46,207 nucleotides of DNA, taken from NCBI GenBank assembly GCA_050942765.1, contig JBMNNY010000001.1, positions 1-46,207 of the forward strand, written 5' to 3'. Shown here piece after piece: positions 9,031 to 19,242 of the stretch. Each line of letters starts with the position of its first letter. Positions within the stretch are counted from its first letter, which is position 1. Both the position numbers and the translations under genes were made by a program. The DNA comes from Bacillota bacterium. GTDB taxonomy: Bacteria > Bacillota > UBA4882. The notes under the pieces were generated by a model that searched no databases, was not told where the DNA came from, and saw only the letters and a program-made list of their open reading frames with translations.

Positions 9031-9172
9031 TTGGGGACAGGTTTGTTCCATCTGGGGACAGGTTTATTTGGATCGTTTTGGCCTATTTAAACCAGTCCCC
9101 AAAAGGTTCAAAACGATCCAAATAAACCTGTCCCCAATCGGGTCAAAATGAGCCAAACAAACCTGTCCCCAA
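9031..9172. repeat. Nested inverted-repeat element of the CTGTCCCCAAT family (REP/MITE-like)
   Basis: The inner arms are a perfect 27-nt inverted repeat, 9054-9080 (GGGGACAGGTTTATTTGGATCGTTTTG) against 9109-9135. The outer 17-nt arms, 9031-9047 and 9156-9172, are also perfect reverse complements. Confidence 0.85.
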
Positions 9173-9191
9173 TCGATCGCTCATCGCGCAC

Positions 9192-9220
9192 AAAAAAGGA
9201 AGCGCCCTATAATCGGGCGC
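9192..9220 (-). terminator. Rho-independent terminator of the 9253-10002 membrane protein gene
   Basis: GCGCCC (9202-9207) pairs with GGGCGC (9215-9220). On the minus strand a T-run follows (plus-strand A6 at 9192-9197). Confidence 0.6.
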
Positions 9221-9252
9221 GTCCATGAAATTTAGCTTATTTTGTAATGTGA

Positions 9253-10002
9253 TTACATTGAGTCTGGCGGATATTCCGGCGGAACATTGGAATGGGAGTC
9301 GGTCTCTTCTGGAGATTTGGCGGCTGGTTTTTCATTTTTTCGCCATCCGAAAAGCAGTCCTATGCCGGATGCAATCAAGGCGCAAGGCAAAAATGCTTTG
9401 CGTAGAATTATGGCAACTGTATTGTTGTATGATGAAAGTCCAAGTGAAATCAATATAATTGCGAAAAGCGCCAATCCGGCGGCGGGGTAAAGGGTCCAGG
9501 ATCCAACTTTAAATAGATAAAGCGATCCAAATCCGATGGCTACCATTAAAAAGAATAGACCGCCAACAATGGATCCATCCACTCTGCTCAGAGGACCTTC
9601 TGTCAAAAAGATAAAACTGGCGAAGATTAAAATCAAGGTTCCCACCATTAACGGCCACCGGCGCCGCAATCCCAGCAAGTACATTGTGAAGAAAGCAAGG
9701 GCCTGGGAAAGGAAAAACATCGTTCCTTCCATGTCGAAGAGAAACCGCAGCTCATAAGGGGTTCTGGCAGGCGCACGCAAAAAGGTATAGGCGATAAATA
9801 AGCCCATGAAAAGGCAGTTACAGGCCGGGATGAGAAAACCGATTTTCGATGTCTGAAAATAGGCCACAAAGAGAATGGCAGCCGCTACCACAAAAACACC
9901 TACTCCGATCCAATCGCTGCTAGCATTGTAAACGCTGGCAATGGTCGAAAATATTCCTATCAGAATCAGAATAACTCCAATGTAAATGCGCGCATTTTTC
10001 AT
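9253..10002 (-). CDS. Polytopic integral membrane protein, function unknown
   Basis: About 7 hydrophobic segments are followed by a short charged, Pro-rich tail. GGAGG lies 8 nt upstream of the ATG at 10002. Confidence 0.6.
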   Translation of the reverse strand: MKNARIYIGVILILIGIFSTIASVYNASSDWIGVGVFVVAAAILFVAYFQTSKIGFLIPACNCLFMGLFIAYTFLRAPARTPYELRFLFDMEGTMFFLSQALAFFTMYLLGLRRRWPLMVGTLILIFASFIFLTEGPLSRVDGSIVGGLFFLMVAIGFGSLYLFKVGSWTLYPAAGLALFAIILISLGLSSYNNTVAIILRKAFLPCALIASGIGLLFGWRKNEKPAAKSPEETDSHSNVPPEYPPDSM

Positions 10003-10200
10003 CAAAAATAACCTCCAATCATTCTAATAATATCATATGCGTGCAAGTTAATCGGCAATGGCTATGACACGCCGAAAAAGACTTCAACCGGCCCGAAACT
10101 GCTCTGCGCAAACGTTCGACATTGTTTGCTGAAGTACCTGTTATATGATGGATGATTTTTGCCAAATGAACAACGATTTGTCAGATGCGGACTGAAACAT

Positions 10201-10229
10201 TTGGCCGGATGAATCCGTATCAATATGAT
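10201..10229 (+). promoter_or_regulatory. Candidate sigma-A promoter for the 10290 gene
   Basis: The pattern is TTGGCC (10201-10206), a 17-nt spacer, then TATGAT (10224-10229). Confidence 0.35.
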
Positions 10230-10289
10230 AAACTATGAATCATTTTATCTTTGGCCAGTCTGTTACTTGGTGCTACGGAGGAGTTAGCG

Positions 10290-11315
10290 ATGACTCAGGT
10301 ATACTATCCATCGAAAAAAACCGGCTTTATCTGGGGGATTATCCTGCTTGTTTTAGCGTCAGTGCCATTAATCGTCCTATTGATAACCTTGGATAAGGCA
10401 CAATTTGATAGCGCTGATAAGGCGATTTTATCAATCATCCTGATTGTTATCCTGTTTTTAATTGCCTTGTTCATTTACTTTCTTTATGCCCTGAAAACGT
10501 TGAGTTATCAAATAGATGCAGATTCCGTCAAGTTGAAATGGGGAAGCGCGTGCTTTAATATTCCAATGAGTGCAATCTTAGATGCTCGCAAGATTACGGG
10601 ACCAATGGTTGGATTTCGTACTTTTGGAGGCAGCTGGCCAGGATGCCATTTTGGATTTTTCCGTTTTCGTGATTATGGGCAGGTCGAGGTGTATTCCACC
10701 AGACTCACAGGAGACCTGGTTCTGTTGCGGACTACGACTCAGACATATTTAATCTCACCGGAGGATGTGGACGGTTTTCTGGCACTGATGCACGAGAGGA
10801 TGGAGCAGGTAGCGCATCAAATGGCGGACTATCTGGCGGACGGCCAAGAAGGTAAAGATGCGGTTGGATTTGCAGGAACTACAGCGGCGGCATCAGCCGC
10901 AGCAACGAATACAAAAGCAGACTCAAGTCCGGGAGCAGCGACCGCTAAGACTACTGGGTTCAACCAGCCGGTATCCTTTTTCAGGGACCCTATAGCGATT
11001 GTATTAGTAGCGGCAAACATTGCGCTATTGGCGGCGGTTTTTATCTATCTAATTCGTCTGGTACCGACACTGCCAGAGAAAATTCCGGCGCATTGGGATT
11101 TAGCCGGAAATATCAATCGCTATGGCAACCGGGAAGAACTCTACATGATGCCAGCAGTTGGCGCATTAACGGCTGCCTTGCCATTGGTAATGGGATTTTC
11201 ACAGCGTGGCAAAAACCGCAAAATATTATATATCTCCGCGGTCTTAGGTCTCTTACTGCAGGTTTTGTTTATCAGCATTTTGGGCGGATGGATTGAAAAG
11301 CTTAATCTAATGTAA
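10290..11315 (+). CDS. Membrane protein with a bacterial PH-like domain and a C-terminal DUF1648/SdpI-like region
   Basis: Two N-terminal TM segments are followed by a YdbT-like PH-type block (YQIDADSVKLKWG...LISPEDVDGFL), an Ala/Thr-rich linker, and then IPAHWDLAGNINRYGNRE, which is typical of DUF1648. GGAGGAG lies 6 nt before the ATG. Confidence 0.55.
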   Translation: MTQVYYPSKKTGFIWGIILLVLASVPLIVLLITLDKAQFDSADKAILSIILIVILFLIALFIYFLYALKTLSYQIDADSVKLKWGSACFNIPMSAILDARKITGPMVGFRTFGGSWPGCHFGFFRFRDYGQVEVYSTRLTGDLVLLRTTTQTYLISPEDVDGFLALMHERMEQVAHQMADYLADGQEGKDAVGFAGTTAAASAAATNTKADSSPGAATAKTTGFNQPVSFFRDPIAIVLVAANIALLAAVFIYLIRLVPTLPEKIPAHWDLAGNINRYGNREELYMMPAVGALTAALPLVMGFSQRGKNRKILYISAVLGLLLQVLFISILGGWIEKLNLM

Positions 11316-11384
11316 CAGCGGATTTAAAAAAGGCGCATCGGACTAAGTCCGACTATGGCCGGCTATGGCCCGTTTTACTACGAA

Positions 11385-11407
11385 AGCACCCGAAAGGGTG
11401 CTTTTTT
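11385..11407 (+). terminator. Rho-independent terminator
   Basis: The hairpin is AGCACCC-GAAA-GGGTGCT, followed by TTTTTT. Confidence 0.75.
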
Positions 11408-11514
11408 AAAACTGCCGCCCACGTCCAAGCCACTTCTTTTTTCAATGCCTGAAACATATTTATCCATTGGGAGATCCGGCGCACTACCCAATCAGTGGAG
11501 GTGTTCCAGACATA

Positions 11515-11937
11515 ATGCGTATTACAAAGTCGATGCTCGTGATCAGAGATCACGCACTTAAGAAAAAGCGCGAAAAAGCACGCTGGGGATGGGCGATGGT
11601 AGCCTGCATATCAATAGGGATACTGAGTCTGTGGGTTGCTATAGAGCAGATGTTTGGGGTGCCAACTGCAACAGAATCATTATTCACGCCATTTTATGGT
11701 CCTGCACTGGCAATAGGTATTACGGCTTCATCAGCAGGCTTGGTAGTGGCAACCTGGTATAAGAAGGCGAAAGACGATTATGATCGGTTGCGCCTATGGA
11801 TGATGACAAGAAGTGGCGAACAGGTTTGCGAGTGCATCGGGTTTGGATCCAGTCGTAGATCCGGCTGCAATTGCCGTGAGGAGTTCCTTAAAGAGTGCAA
11901 AGAAAAGTATGATCTGAATCTCTACTATTACAAATAA
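11515..11937 (+). CDS. Hypothetical small membrane protein with a Cys-rich C-terminus
   Basis: There are two hydrophobic segments followed by CECIGFGSSRRSGCNC. The start is uncertain: the ATG at 11515 is about 14 nt after GGAGG, and the ORF is open from 11467. Confidence 0.4.
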   Translation: MRITKSMLVIRDHALKKKREKARWGWAMVACISIGILSLWVAIEQMFGVPTATESLFTPFYGPALAIGITASSAGLVVATWYKKAKDDYDRLRLWMMTRSGEQVCECIGFGSSRRSGCNCREEFLKECKEKYDLNLYYYK

Positions 11938-12032
11938 GCGCACCTATAAATAAGCACGCCAATAACTAGGCACACAAATAAATTATCACACACAAACCCG
12001 ACCGCGCATCTACCGTCCCGGTGCCTCAGCCT

Positions 12033-14369
12033 CTACGGAGAAAAAATCCGGCGCAAAGGTGACTTTTCTTTGCCATCCGACTCTTTGTTACCAAAGAAGT
12101 CATCGTCATTGTGTTCAGTTTCACTGTCGCGCCTTCGCACTCCGCCTCCATCTCCGCTTCTTTGGCCGCCACCATCACCAGACTCCGACTTGGATTCCGA
12201 TTTTCCAGTCAGCCAATCCCAGAAATTATTCCAGAGGGTACACTTGCGGCACTTTCCAGTTGGCAGGTGCTCCGCATCATAAATTCTGACCTCAGTATCT
12301 CTACAATTCGAGCCAGCTGGCAGCCCGCTCTTGCGGCAAATTGTCACGTGATATTCGCGATGGACCCGGCAGAATACTGTTGGATCGGTACCGGCTATGA
12401 AATATTCATTATGATTTGGACAGACCGCAGTGGAGAGTAATCCTGTTTCATTGCAAACTGCCCGTTCAACCAGACCTGCCGGTTTCTCAAAATCAACAAC
12501 CGGCACCCCCATCAGCGCCTTTTCCATGAAAGTCGCCCACACCGGAGCCGCCAAAGCACCGGCCCCGGCCGGTAAGCCCTTCTGGCCGCGGTCCGGTCCA
12601 AGATACACAAGCCCAACCAAATTCGCCGTATATCCCACAAACCAGGCATCTTTATTGTTCTGGGAAGTGCCAGTCTTTCCGGCAGCCGGACGTCCCGGCC
12701 GGCCATTTAGGTGACCGGCGGTACCATTACCTTTGATGACATCGCGTAGCATATCAGTCACGATATAGGCAATGCGCGCGTCTAATACCTGTTCGCGTTT
12801 AGGTTTTTGCTCAGCCAGCACTTGGCCATCGAGAGTTTCAATGCGAGTCACGCAGTAAGGCTGCACTTTTGCGCCGCCATTGGCAAAAGCGGCGTAGGCC
12901 GCCGCCAGTTCCAGTGGGGTAATTTCAGATGTTCCCAAAGGCAGCGATAAGTTGGGTTCCAGTTCGGTAGTAATCCCAAGACGGGCTGCGAAAGAAGCCA
13001 CACTTTCCGGACCCAGCCGGTATCCCAGCTCGACAGCGACCACATTGCTTGAACAGGCCAAAGCTTCTCTTGCAGTTAGCATCGCGCTGTCAAACTTCTG
13101 GGAATCCGTTGGTGTATATACTTCACTGCCGTTTTGATAACTCTTGGGCTCAATCGACATCAGGGTGGCAGCAGTCAGTCCGTTTTCAAGCGCTGTTCCA
13201 TATACAAAGGGTTTAAAGGCTGAACCCGGTTGGCGCTTGGCAGAAGTAATCCGGTTAAACTGGGTTTCCTGATAATTCAGGCCTCCGACCATTGCTTTAA
13301 TGGCACCACTGTTTGGCTCAAGCGCCACAATTGCTCCCTGAGGCTGAGTGACCCCGTTATCTTGCCATTGCTTTGTCTTATAGCCGGTCTTCAATGCGTA
13401 TTCGGCAGCCTGTTGCGTCTGTGGGTCAAGCGTGGTGTAAATTTTAAGGCCGCCCTGTTGCAGCCAGGTCTTGCCGTCCGGGAAGCGCGCCACAATCTCC
13501 TGATAAACGTAGTCCATGAAATAGGGGGCCGGGCGGCCCGGCGCCTTCATTCCGGCCAGCTTAATGGGCTCTTGTTTGGCCTGCTCCGCTTCTTCCGGAG
13601 TAATCCGTTTGAGTTCAACCATCCGATTCAAAATTAGGTTGCGCCGCCAGGTGGCATCCTCCATATTGCGGTATGGCGAGTAAATTTCCGGGCCCGGCAA
13701 AATGCCCGCCAGCAACGCCGATTCCGATAAAGTCAGATCCGCAGGCTTTTTGCCAAAGTAGAAATTGGCAGCCGCACCAATGCCATAAGTCCCATGACCA
13801 AAGAAAACCCGGTTCAGATACATCTCCAGAATTTCATCTTTGGAATAAACGCGTTCCAGTTTCAGAGCATAAAACATCTCGGTAAGTTTACGGATAATCG
13901 TCTTATCAAAAGGCAGATACAGGTTTTTCGCCACTTGCATCGTGATTGTGCTGCCACCCTGCCCAAGGCTCTGGTTTCGGATATCATACCACAAGGCACG
14001 GAACAAGGCGCGCAGATCGATACCGATATGATCATAGAAGCGATCATCTTCGGCAGAAATTATCGCGTTGATAAAGGTTTCCGGAATATCGGAAATGTCA
14101 ACTGGCTGGTAAATTTCCGTTCCGAGCTTGGCATAGAATTGACCATTCTGATCAAACACCTGGCTGCTTCCGGGATAATATGGCGTTGGCAGTGAAAACA
14201 GCGTTAATGCTACGAAAAAGATAAAGATAAGCAGCCCTGGAATAGCTGCCAGCAAATAGGGCCAGTTCTTGCGTAAAAATGCAAAGGTTTTGGCCGGCGC
14301 AGGCCGGCTTTCGCCAAAATCATGATCATGTCCGCCATTATCATGAGAATTTCCAGTCTGAGAATCCAT
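12033..14369 (-). CDS. Class A penicillin-binding protein (bifunctional glycosyltransferase/transpeptidase, PBP1A family)
   Basis: GT51 motifs AEDDRFYDHIGID and GGSTITMQ are present, as are the transpeptidase motifs SAFK, SSN and KTGT. There is an N-terminal TM segment. GGGAGGA lies 7 nt upstream of the ATG. The C-terminal tail is low-complexity (KSESKSESGDGGGQRSGDGGG). Confidence 0.9.
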   Translation of the reverse strand: MDSQTGNSHDNGGHDHDFGESRPAPAKTFAFLRKNWPYLLAAIPGLLIFIFFVALTLFSLPTPYYPGSSQVFDQNGQFYAKLGTEIYQPVDISDIPETFINAIISAEDDRFYDHIGIDLRALFRALWYDIRNQSLGQGGSTITMQVAKNLYLPFDKTIIRKLTEMFYALKLERVYSKDEILEMYLNRVFFGHGTYGIGAAANFYFGKKPADLTLSESALLAGILPGPEIYSPYRNMEDATWRRNLILNRMVELKRITPEEAEQAKQEPIKLAGMKAPGRPAPYFMDYVYQEIVARFPDGKTWLQQGGLKIYTTLDPQTQQAAEYALKTGYKTKQWQDNGVTQPQGAIVALEPNSGAIKAMVGGLNYQETQFNRITSAKRQPGSAFKPFVYGTALENGLTAATLMSIEPKSYQNGSEVYTPTDSQKFDSAMLTAREALACSSNVVAVELGYRLGPESVASFAARLGITTELEPNLSLPLGTSEITPLELAAAYAAFANGGAKVQPYCVTRIETLDGQVLAEQKPKREQVLDARIAYIVTDMLRDVIKGNGTAGHLNGRPGRPAAGKTGTSQNNKDAWFVGYTANLVGLVYLGPDRGQKGLPAGAGALAAPVWATFMEKALMGVPVVDFEKPAGLVERAVCNETGLLSTAVCPNHNEYFIAGTDPTVFCRVHREYHVTICRKSGLPAGSNCRDTEVRIYDAEHLPTGKCRKCTLWNNFWDWLTGKSESKSESGDGGGQRSGDGGGVRRRDSETEHNDDDFFGNKESDGKEKSPLRRIFSP

Positions 14370-14678
14370 GATCTGATCCTCCCTAAATACGATGCAGCAT
14401 CAATAACAACGTTACCTTAAAAAGAGTAATTTTGTCCCCCATAATTCTTATTACCATTTTACCCTGAACGTTCCTTTTCCTTGCTCAAAACAATCTAGAA
14501 AAACAATCTGGTAAAAAACATTGATCTTTCCGCCGATTAATTTAATATATATTGAAAGAGTGGAACGAGTGGTTTTTGATGGTGGAACGGGGCATTGATA
14601 CCCAATCTGACGCCATTTTCTTGCAGGAATCCCCTGGAATACGTCGAAAAAAGGCTGAATGAAGTGTAAATTCCAGAA

Positions 14679-14714
14679 ATGACGCTATGTTGCCATATGA
14701 CGCTATGTTGCCAT
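14679..14714. repeat. Perfect 18-bp tandem duplication (ATGACGCTATGTTGCCAT x2)
   Basis: Read directly from the sequence: 14679-14696 is identical to 14697-14714. It lies in the PBP / ftsE intergenic region. Confidence 0.95.
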
Positions 14715-14840
14715 GCGCTATACCGCATCGGCGCCAGCCGCCGTACCACTACGCGACAGTTTTGGCGCCATATCATATACATCCTATATTGATTATTGAT
14801 CACCTGGATGCAAAATTGGAGGCAAGAAGTTTTGAATGCT

Positions 14841-15527
14841 ATGCTGCGCATGAGAAATGTGTCCAAAGTTTATCACAATGGCACAGTTGCATTAACAAGT
14901 ATCAATTTGACAGTCGATAAGGGCGAGATGGTTTTCATCGTTGGCCAGAGCGGGGCCGGAAAATCAACTCTGTTTAAATTGATCAACCGCAAGGAATTAC
15001 CGACGACTGGTGAAGTGTGGGTCGGCCGCAAGAGCGTGCCTGATCTCAAAAAAAGCGAGATACCAATTTTCCGCCGCAATGTCGGCATGATTTATCAGGA
15101 TTTTAAGCTGTTGCCCAACAAAACTACTTTCGATAATATTGCCTTCGCACTGGAAGTTATCGAGGCTTCCCGCCGGGAAATCCTGCGTCAGGTACCGGCT
15201 GTGCTCGAACTGGTCGGCCTGCGTGATAAAGGAAAAGCCTATCCACATGAACTATCTGGCGGCGAGCAGCAGCGTGTATCCTTGGCCAGGGCGATAGTGA
15301 ACCGCCCGATCGTATTAATGGCTGATGAACCCACCGGGAACCTCGACCCGGAGACTTCCTGGGGCATTATGGATCTGCTGGTTGAAATCAATCGCCGTGG
15401 CACCACGGTATTGATGGCCACCCATAACAAAGATATTGTCAATCGCATGCGTCGCCGCGTGATCGCGTTGGAAGACGGAAAAATTATCCGGGATGAACAG
15501 AGAGGGGCATATGACATTGAAAGCTAA
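14841..15527 (+). CDS. ftsE: Cell division ATP-binding protein FtsE
   Basis: Walker A GQSGAGKST, ABC signature LSGGEQQR and Walker B VLMADEPTGNLD are present. The N-terminus MLRMRNVSKVY matches the family. A TTG at 14832 (9 nt after GGAGG) is an alternative start. Confidence 0.9.
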   Translation: MLRMRNVSKVYHNGTVALTSINLTVDKGEMVFIVGQSGAGKSTLFKLINRKELPTTGEVWVGRKSVPDLKKSEIPIFRRNVGMIYQDFKLLPNKTTFDNIAFALEVIEASRREILRQVPAVLELVGLRDKGKAYPHELSGGEQQRVSLARAIVNRPIVLMADEPTGNLDPETSWGIMDLLVEINRRGTTVLMATHNKDIVNRMRRRVIALEDGKIIRDEQRGAYDIES

Positions 15528-16404
15528 AACTCTGATGCATTGCTTCAAGGAAGGCTGGAGCAATTTGGCGCGCAACAGTCTGATGAGTTTGGCATCAATC
15601 GGCACTGTGCTGGTATCTCTGCTAGTCCTGGGAGGCATTTCCCTGCTGGCCTTGAATCTCAATCACATGGCGGAAATGGCTTTGCAGAGCGCCGAGATTC
15701 GTGTACTGCTCAAGGAAGATGTTAACTTCGATGCCACCGAACTAGTCCGCTCCTGGTTACAGAGACAGGAAGGGGTGGAAAGCTACGAGTTCATTTCCAA
15801 AGAGGAAAGCTTAATGCGCCTGGTAGGCATGTTTGGCATAGAGGAAGGTACTTTCCGGGATGGGGATGAAGAGTTTCTCCCGGATCAATTCGAAGTCAGG
15901 CTGAACAGCGATGCTGATCCCGAAAAAATCGTGGCCGGACTACAGAGCCTTTCCAGCGTGAGCGAAGTCCTCTATGGGAAGGAATTTTACTCGAAAGTGC
16001 GAACTGTATCCCGAATAGCCTTTTTTGGCGGAATTATTATCCTTTCGCTGGTGGCTTTCGCAACGCTGATCATTATCACCAATACGATTCGGCTGACCGT
16101 TTTTGCCCGCCGACGCGAAATCGAAATTATGAGCCTTGTCGGGGCTACAGATTGGTATATTCGCTGGCCTTACATTTTTGAAGGCCTGTTGATTGGCTTA
16201 ATCGGTTCATTAATGGCAGCACTGCTACTTTCGCGGGGCTATTATTTTCTGCAGCGTAAATTGGCCAGTGCAGCCTCTTTTCTGAGCTTAATCTCTTACG
16301 ACAGCGTTCAGGTCCATCTGACATGGACGTTAATCGGTGTGGGCGCTGCCTTTGGATTAGTTGGGAGCCTGATCTCATTGAAACGGTTCTTAAAGGCTTC
16401 TTAG
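15511..16404 (+). CDS. ftsX: Cell division permease-like protein FtsX
   Basis: It directly follows and overlaps ftsE. The layout is TM1, a large extracytoplasmic loop, then 3 C-terminal TM segments, as in FtsX. Confidence 0.85.
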   Translation: MTLKAKTLMHCFKEGWSNLARNSLMSLASIGTVLVSLLVLGGISLLALNLNHMAEMALQSAEIRVLLKEDVNFDATELVRSWLQRQEGVESYEFISKEESLMRLVGMFGIEEGTFRDGDEEFLPDQFEVRLNSDADPEKIVAGLQSLSSVSEVLYGKEFYSKVRTVSRIAFFGGIIILSLVAFATLIIITNTIRLTVFARRREIEIMSLVGATDWYIRWPYIFEGLLIGLIGSLMAALLLSRGYYFLQRKLASAASFLSLISYDSVQVHLTWTLIGVGAAFGLVGSLISLKRFLKAS

Positions 16405-16417
16405 GGGGTTAGGGGTT

Positions 16418-17662
16418 ATGAATGTGCGAGTAAGGATGCGACTGAAACCGCAGGCGCATGAGCAGCTGCATGGACAAACGGGGACGCGGATGCGGACCAA
16501 AAAGCCTGTGTGGATGCAGATCTTGCTGATCATCCTGCTGGCAGCAGGACTTCTGATTGCCTGGTGGCCTGCCGAGCGCAGCCTGGCTGCCGGCGACGAC
16601 TTGAGCACTATTAATCGCAAAATAGATGAAACTGAAACCAAGTTAAAGAACGTCAAGAAGCAGGAAAGCAGTACACTTCAAAAGCTCACCAACACTCAGA
16701 AACAGCTCCAGAAAACGCAGAACAACCTGGCTAATCTTACTAACCAGCTCAAATCGACGCAATTAAACTATGATAAAGTTATGAAAATGCTGAACGAGGC
16801 TGAAGCAGAACTGGCCAACATCAGCCAAAACCTGGAGACGGTCCGGACAACGTTGCAGAATCGGTTAAAGGCGGTTTATCTTTATGGTCCGACCTCCTAT
16901 TTGGAGATGCTATTCTCAGCCACGGACTTTGGGGATTTTGTGTCACGCTTTGAACTGATGAATTACTTAATCAATCGTGACGTTGAGAATAAGAAGGCTT
17001 TTGAAAAGGCTCAGGCCGAGATGGAAAAGAAGAAGGCTGAAATAGCCGGACATAAGGAGACGCTAGAGAGGGAAGCGGAGCGTATAGCCACCCTCAAGAA
17101 GCGTACGCAGCAGGAAGAAGCCAAAGTTGCCGTCATGGTTGATCAGACAAAACGCGACTTGAATAAAATCCAGCAAGACCGGCGCGAGTTGGAAAAGGCA
17201 CTGGATGAGCTGGAGGAAACCTCCAAAAAACTCGAAGCCGAGCTGAAAAAGCGCGGCAGCGGAGCCCAAATCGGTACAGGAAAATTCATTATGCCGGTAC
17301 AGGCTAGAATATCTTCGCCATTTGGCTGGCGCATGCATCCGATCCTTGGTAAGGAGAAATTCCATTCAGGTATTGACCTGGCGGCTCCCAGAGGGACCTC
17401 GGTCCTGGCAGCTGACGATGGTGTGGTAATTTCAGCCGGATGGCAAGGCGGTTATGGCAATACTGTAATTATTGATCATGGTGCGGGCTTTACCACGCTC
17501 TATGCTCATAATGATAAGCTGCTGGTCAAAGCGAAGGATAAGGTGGTCAAGGGGCAGACGATTTCCAAAGTTGGCAGCACAGGCCTTAGCACCGGACCGC
17601 ATTTGCACTTTGAGGTCCGCATTGACGGAACACCTGTCGATCCGACGAAATATGCCAAGTAA
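16418..17662 (+). CDS. M23/LytM-family peptidoglycan hydrolase or activator with a long coiled coil (EnvC/PcsB-like)
   Basis: An N-terminal TM segment is followed by roughly 230 aa of heptad-rich coiled coil and a C-terminal LytM domain (HSGIDLAAP ... GPHLHFEV). Confidence 0.85.
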   Translation: MNVRVRMRLKPQAHEQLHGQTGTRMRTKKPVWMQILLIILLAAGLLIAWWPAERSLAAGDDLSTINRKIDETETKLKNVKKQESSTLQKLTNTQKQLQKTQNNLANLTNQLKSTQLNYDKVMKMLNEAEAELANISQNLETVRTTLQNRLKAVYLYGPTSYLEMLFSATDFGDFVSRFELMNYLINRDVENKKAFEKAQAEMEKKKAEIAGHKETLEREAERIATLKKRTQQEEAKVAVMVDQTKRDLNKIQQDRRELEKALDELEETSKKLEAELKKRGSGAQIGTGKFIMPVQARISSPFGWRMHPILGKEKFHSGIDLAAPRGTSVLAADDGVVISAGWQGGYGNTVIIDHGAGFTTLYAHNDKLLVKAKDKVVKGQTISKVGSTGLSTGPHLHFEVRIDGTPVDPTKYAK

Positions 17663-17811
17663 TGTGGCGCATGATCTTTTTAAAGCAAAATGTGGCAAGT
17701 GGCGCATAAATTCCGTGGAATGAAATATGCGAAATACGCCAGGTAGCGAATGATCTTTGAGGAATGGGAATATAACTGTGAAGTAAGTAAACCGGAGGCG
17801 GGGGTTTTAAT

Positions 17812-18993
17812 TTGAAGCTCGGCACAAAAAGGAATGTGCTTATCGGCCTGCTGATTTTGGTCGTCGTGGCAGCAGGTGCAGTCTTTTTGGCGTTGCGCGT
17901 TTATGGCGCGCATCTCGAAAATGTCCCGACCGCTCTCGAAATAATGGCGCTCGTAAAAATGAAGTACGTTGATCCGGTCAGTATTACCGATTTGGCAAGA
18001 GCGTATACCAAAGATGGAACAATTGCCGGTATGTTGGAGCTTCTTGAAGATCCCTACACACGGTATATGAATAAGTCGGATTTCGCTGCTTTTGAGGAAA
18101 GCACCGAAGGATCATTTGCAGGAATCGGGGTTTCGGTTGATATCAAGGATGACTATGTTGTCGTAGTTCAGCCTTACAAGGGTACTCCGGGATATCGCGC
18201 CGGGCTGAAACCTGGCGATTTGATTACCGCCGTTGATGGCAAAAGCACTAAGAACATGGCTCTGGATGCGGCCGTTTCAATGATTCGCGGGCCGGCAGGT
18301 ACTACAGTGGTGCTGACTGTTGAGCGGGAAACGGACGGCCAGAAACAGGTATTAGAATTCAGAATAACCAGGGCCATAATTCATATCCCGACTGTGGAAT
18401 ACAAGGTTATTAAGGATTCGAGCAGCAAGGGGCCCATTGGCTATCTCTACATCAGCCAGTTTACGCGTGGTACCAGCAACGAAGTTATGGAAGCGCTAAA
18501 CGAAATGAAGGCTGAAGGGATTAAAGGCCTGCTTATGGATCTGCGCTTTAATCCGGGCGGCCTGCTGGACGAAGTAGTGAATATTTGTGCCCAGTTTATG
18601 CAGAGACAGCCGGTATTATATGTCGTTGAGCGTGATCAAAAGCGGCAGCCGATCTTTGCCAAGAGTTATCAACCACTGGGATTGCCGATGGTGGTGCTGG
18701 TCAATGAATGGAGTGCCAGCGCTTCCGAAATTGCGGCTGGTGCAATGAAGGATCTCAAAATAGCTACGATTGTTGGGAAAACAACTTTTGGCAAGGGCGT
18801 AGTACAGACGATTTATCCGCTGACAAGTGGCGGGGGCATGACGCTGACCACTTCGCGCTATTTGACCGCTGGCGGCAATTCGATTCATAAGATTGGTATC
18901 AAACCAGATGTCGAAGTCGATTTGCCGGAGGACAGTACGGAAGACGTGCAGTACAATGCGGCCCTGAAGCTGTTGCGGGAGAAGATTAAGTAG
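17812..18993 (+). CDS. S41 C-terminal processing peptidase (Ctp family)
   Basis: The PDZ block is GLKPGDLITAVDGKS and the catalytic region is VLVNEWSASASEI...GKTTFGKG. The TTG start follows GGAGGCGGGGG. Confidence 0.9.
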   Translation: MKLGTKRNVLIGLLILVVVAAGAVFLALRVYGAHLENVPTALEIMALVKMKYVDPVSITDLARAYTKDGTIAGMLELLEDPYTRYMNKSDFAAFEESTEGSFAGIGVSVDIKDDYVVVVQPYKGTPGYRAGLKPGDLITAVDGKSTKNMALDAAVSMIRGPAGTTVVLTVERETDGQKQVLEFRITRAIIHIPTVEYKVIKDSSSKGPIGYLYISQFTRGTSNEVMEALNEMKAEGIKGLLMDLRFNPGGLLDEVVNICAQFMQRQPVLYVVERDQKRQPIFAKSYQPLGLPMVVLVNEWSASASEIAAGAMKDLKIATIVGKTTFGKGVVQTIYPLTSGGGMTLTTSRYLTAGGNSIHKIGIKPDVEVDLPEDSTEDVQYNAALKLLREKIK

Positions 18994-19125
18994 GGAAGCG
19001 CGGGGGCGCATGGGGGCATGGCATGGGGGTGCGGGGGTGCGCATGAGCGTGGGAGCGCGTGCGCGGTTGGCGCGAAGGTGCGTGCGCGGCAGATGCGGGT
19101 GCGGCTGCAATTGGGAGTTTGAATT
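18994..19125. repeat. G-rich cryptically simple tract directly after the ctp stop, containing a four-run G5 motif
   Basis: Reiterated words are GCGCATG, GGGGGTGCG and GTGCGCG. G5 runs occur at 19002-06, 19012-16, 19025-29 and 19033-37. Confidence 0.85.
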
Positions 19126-19242
19126 TTGCGGGGATGCCTGGGAAACCCAGGCGATCCCCGTTTTGTTTTTGGTTTTGAAAGAGGGTTTTGCCGCCTGTGG
19201 TTGATCAATAAAAAGGAATGTTTACAGGCGGAGGGATGTACA

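Noticed and set aside
9137-9160. GGTCAAA-type heptads (GGTCAAAATGAGCCAAA; also GGTCAAATCGGTCCAAA at 31527-43) resembling the CtsR operator.
   Set aside because: The heptad spacing and the second half-site do not fit GGTCAAA-NAN-GGTCAAA. The neighbouring genes (rseP, uvrC) are not class III heat-shock genes. The words are part of the larger repeat module.
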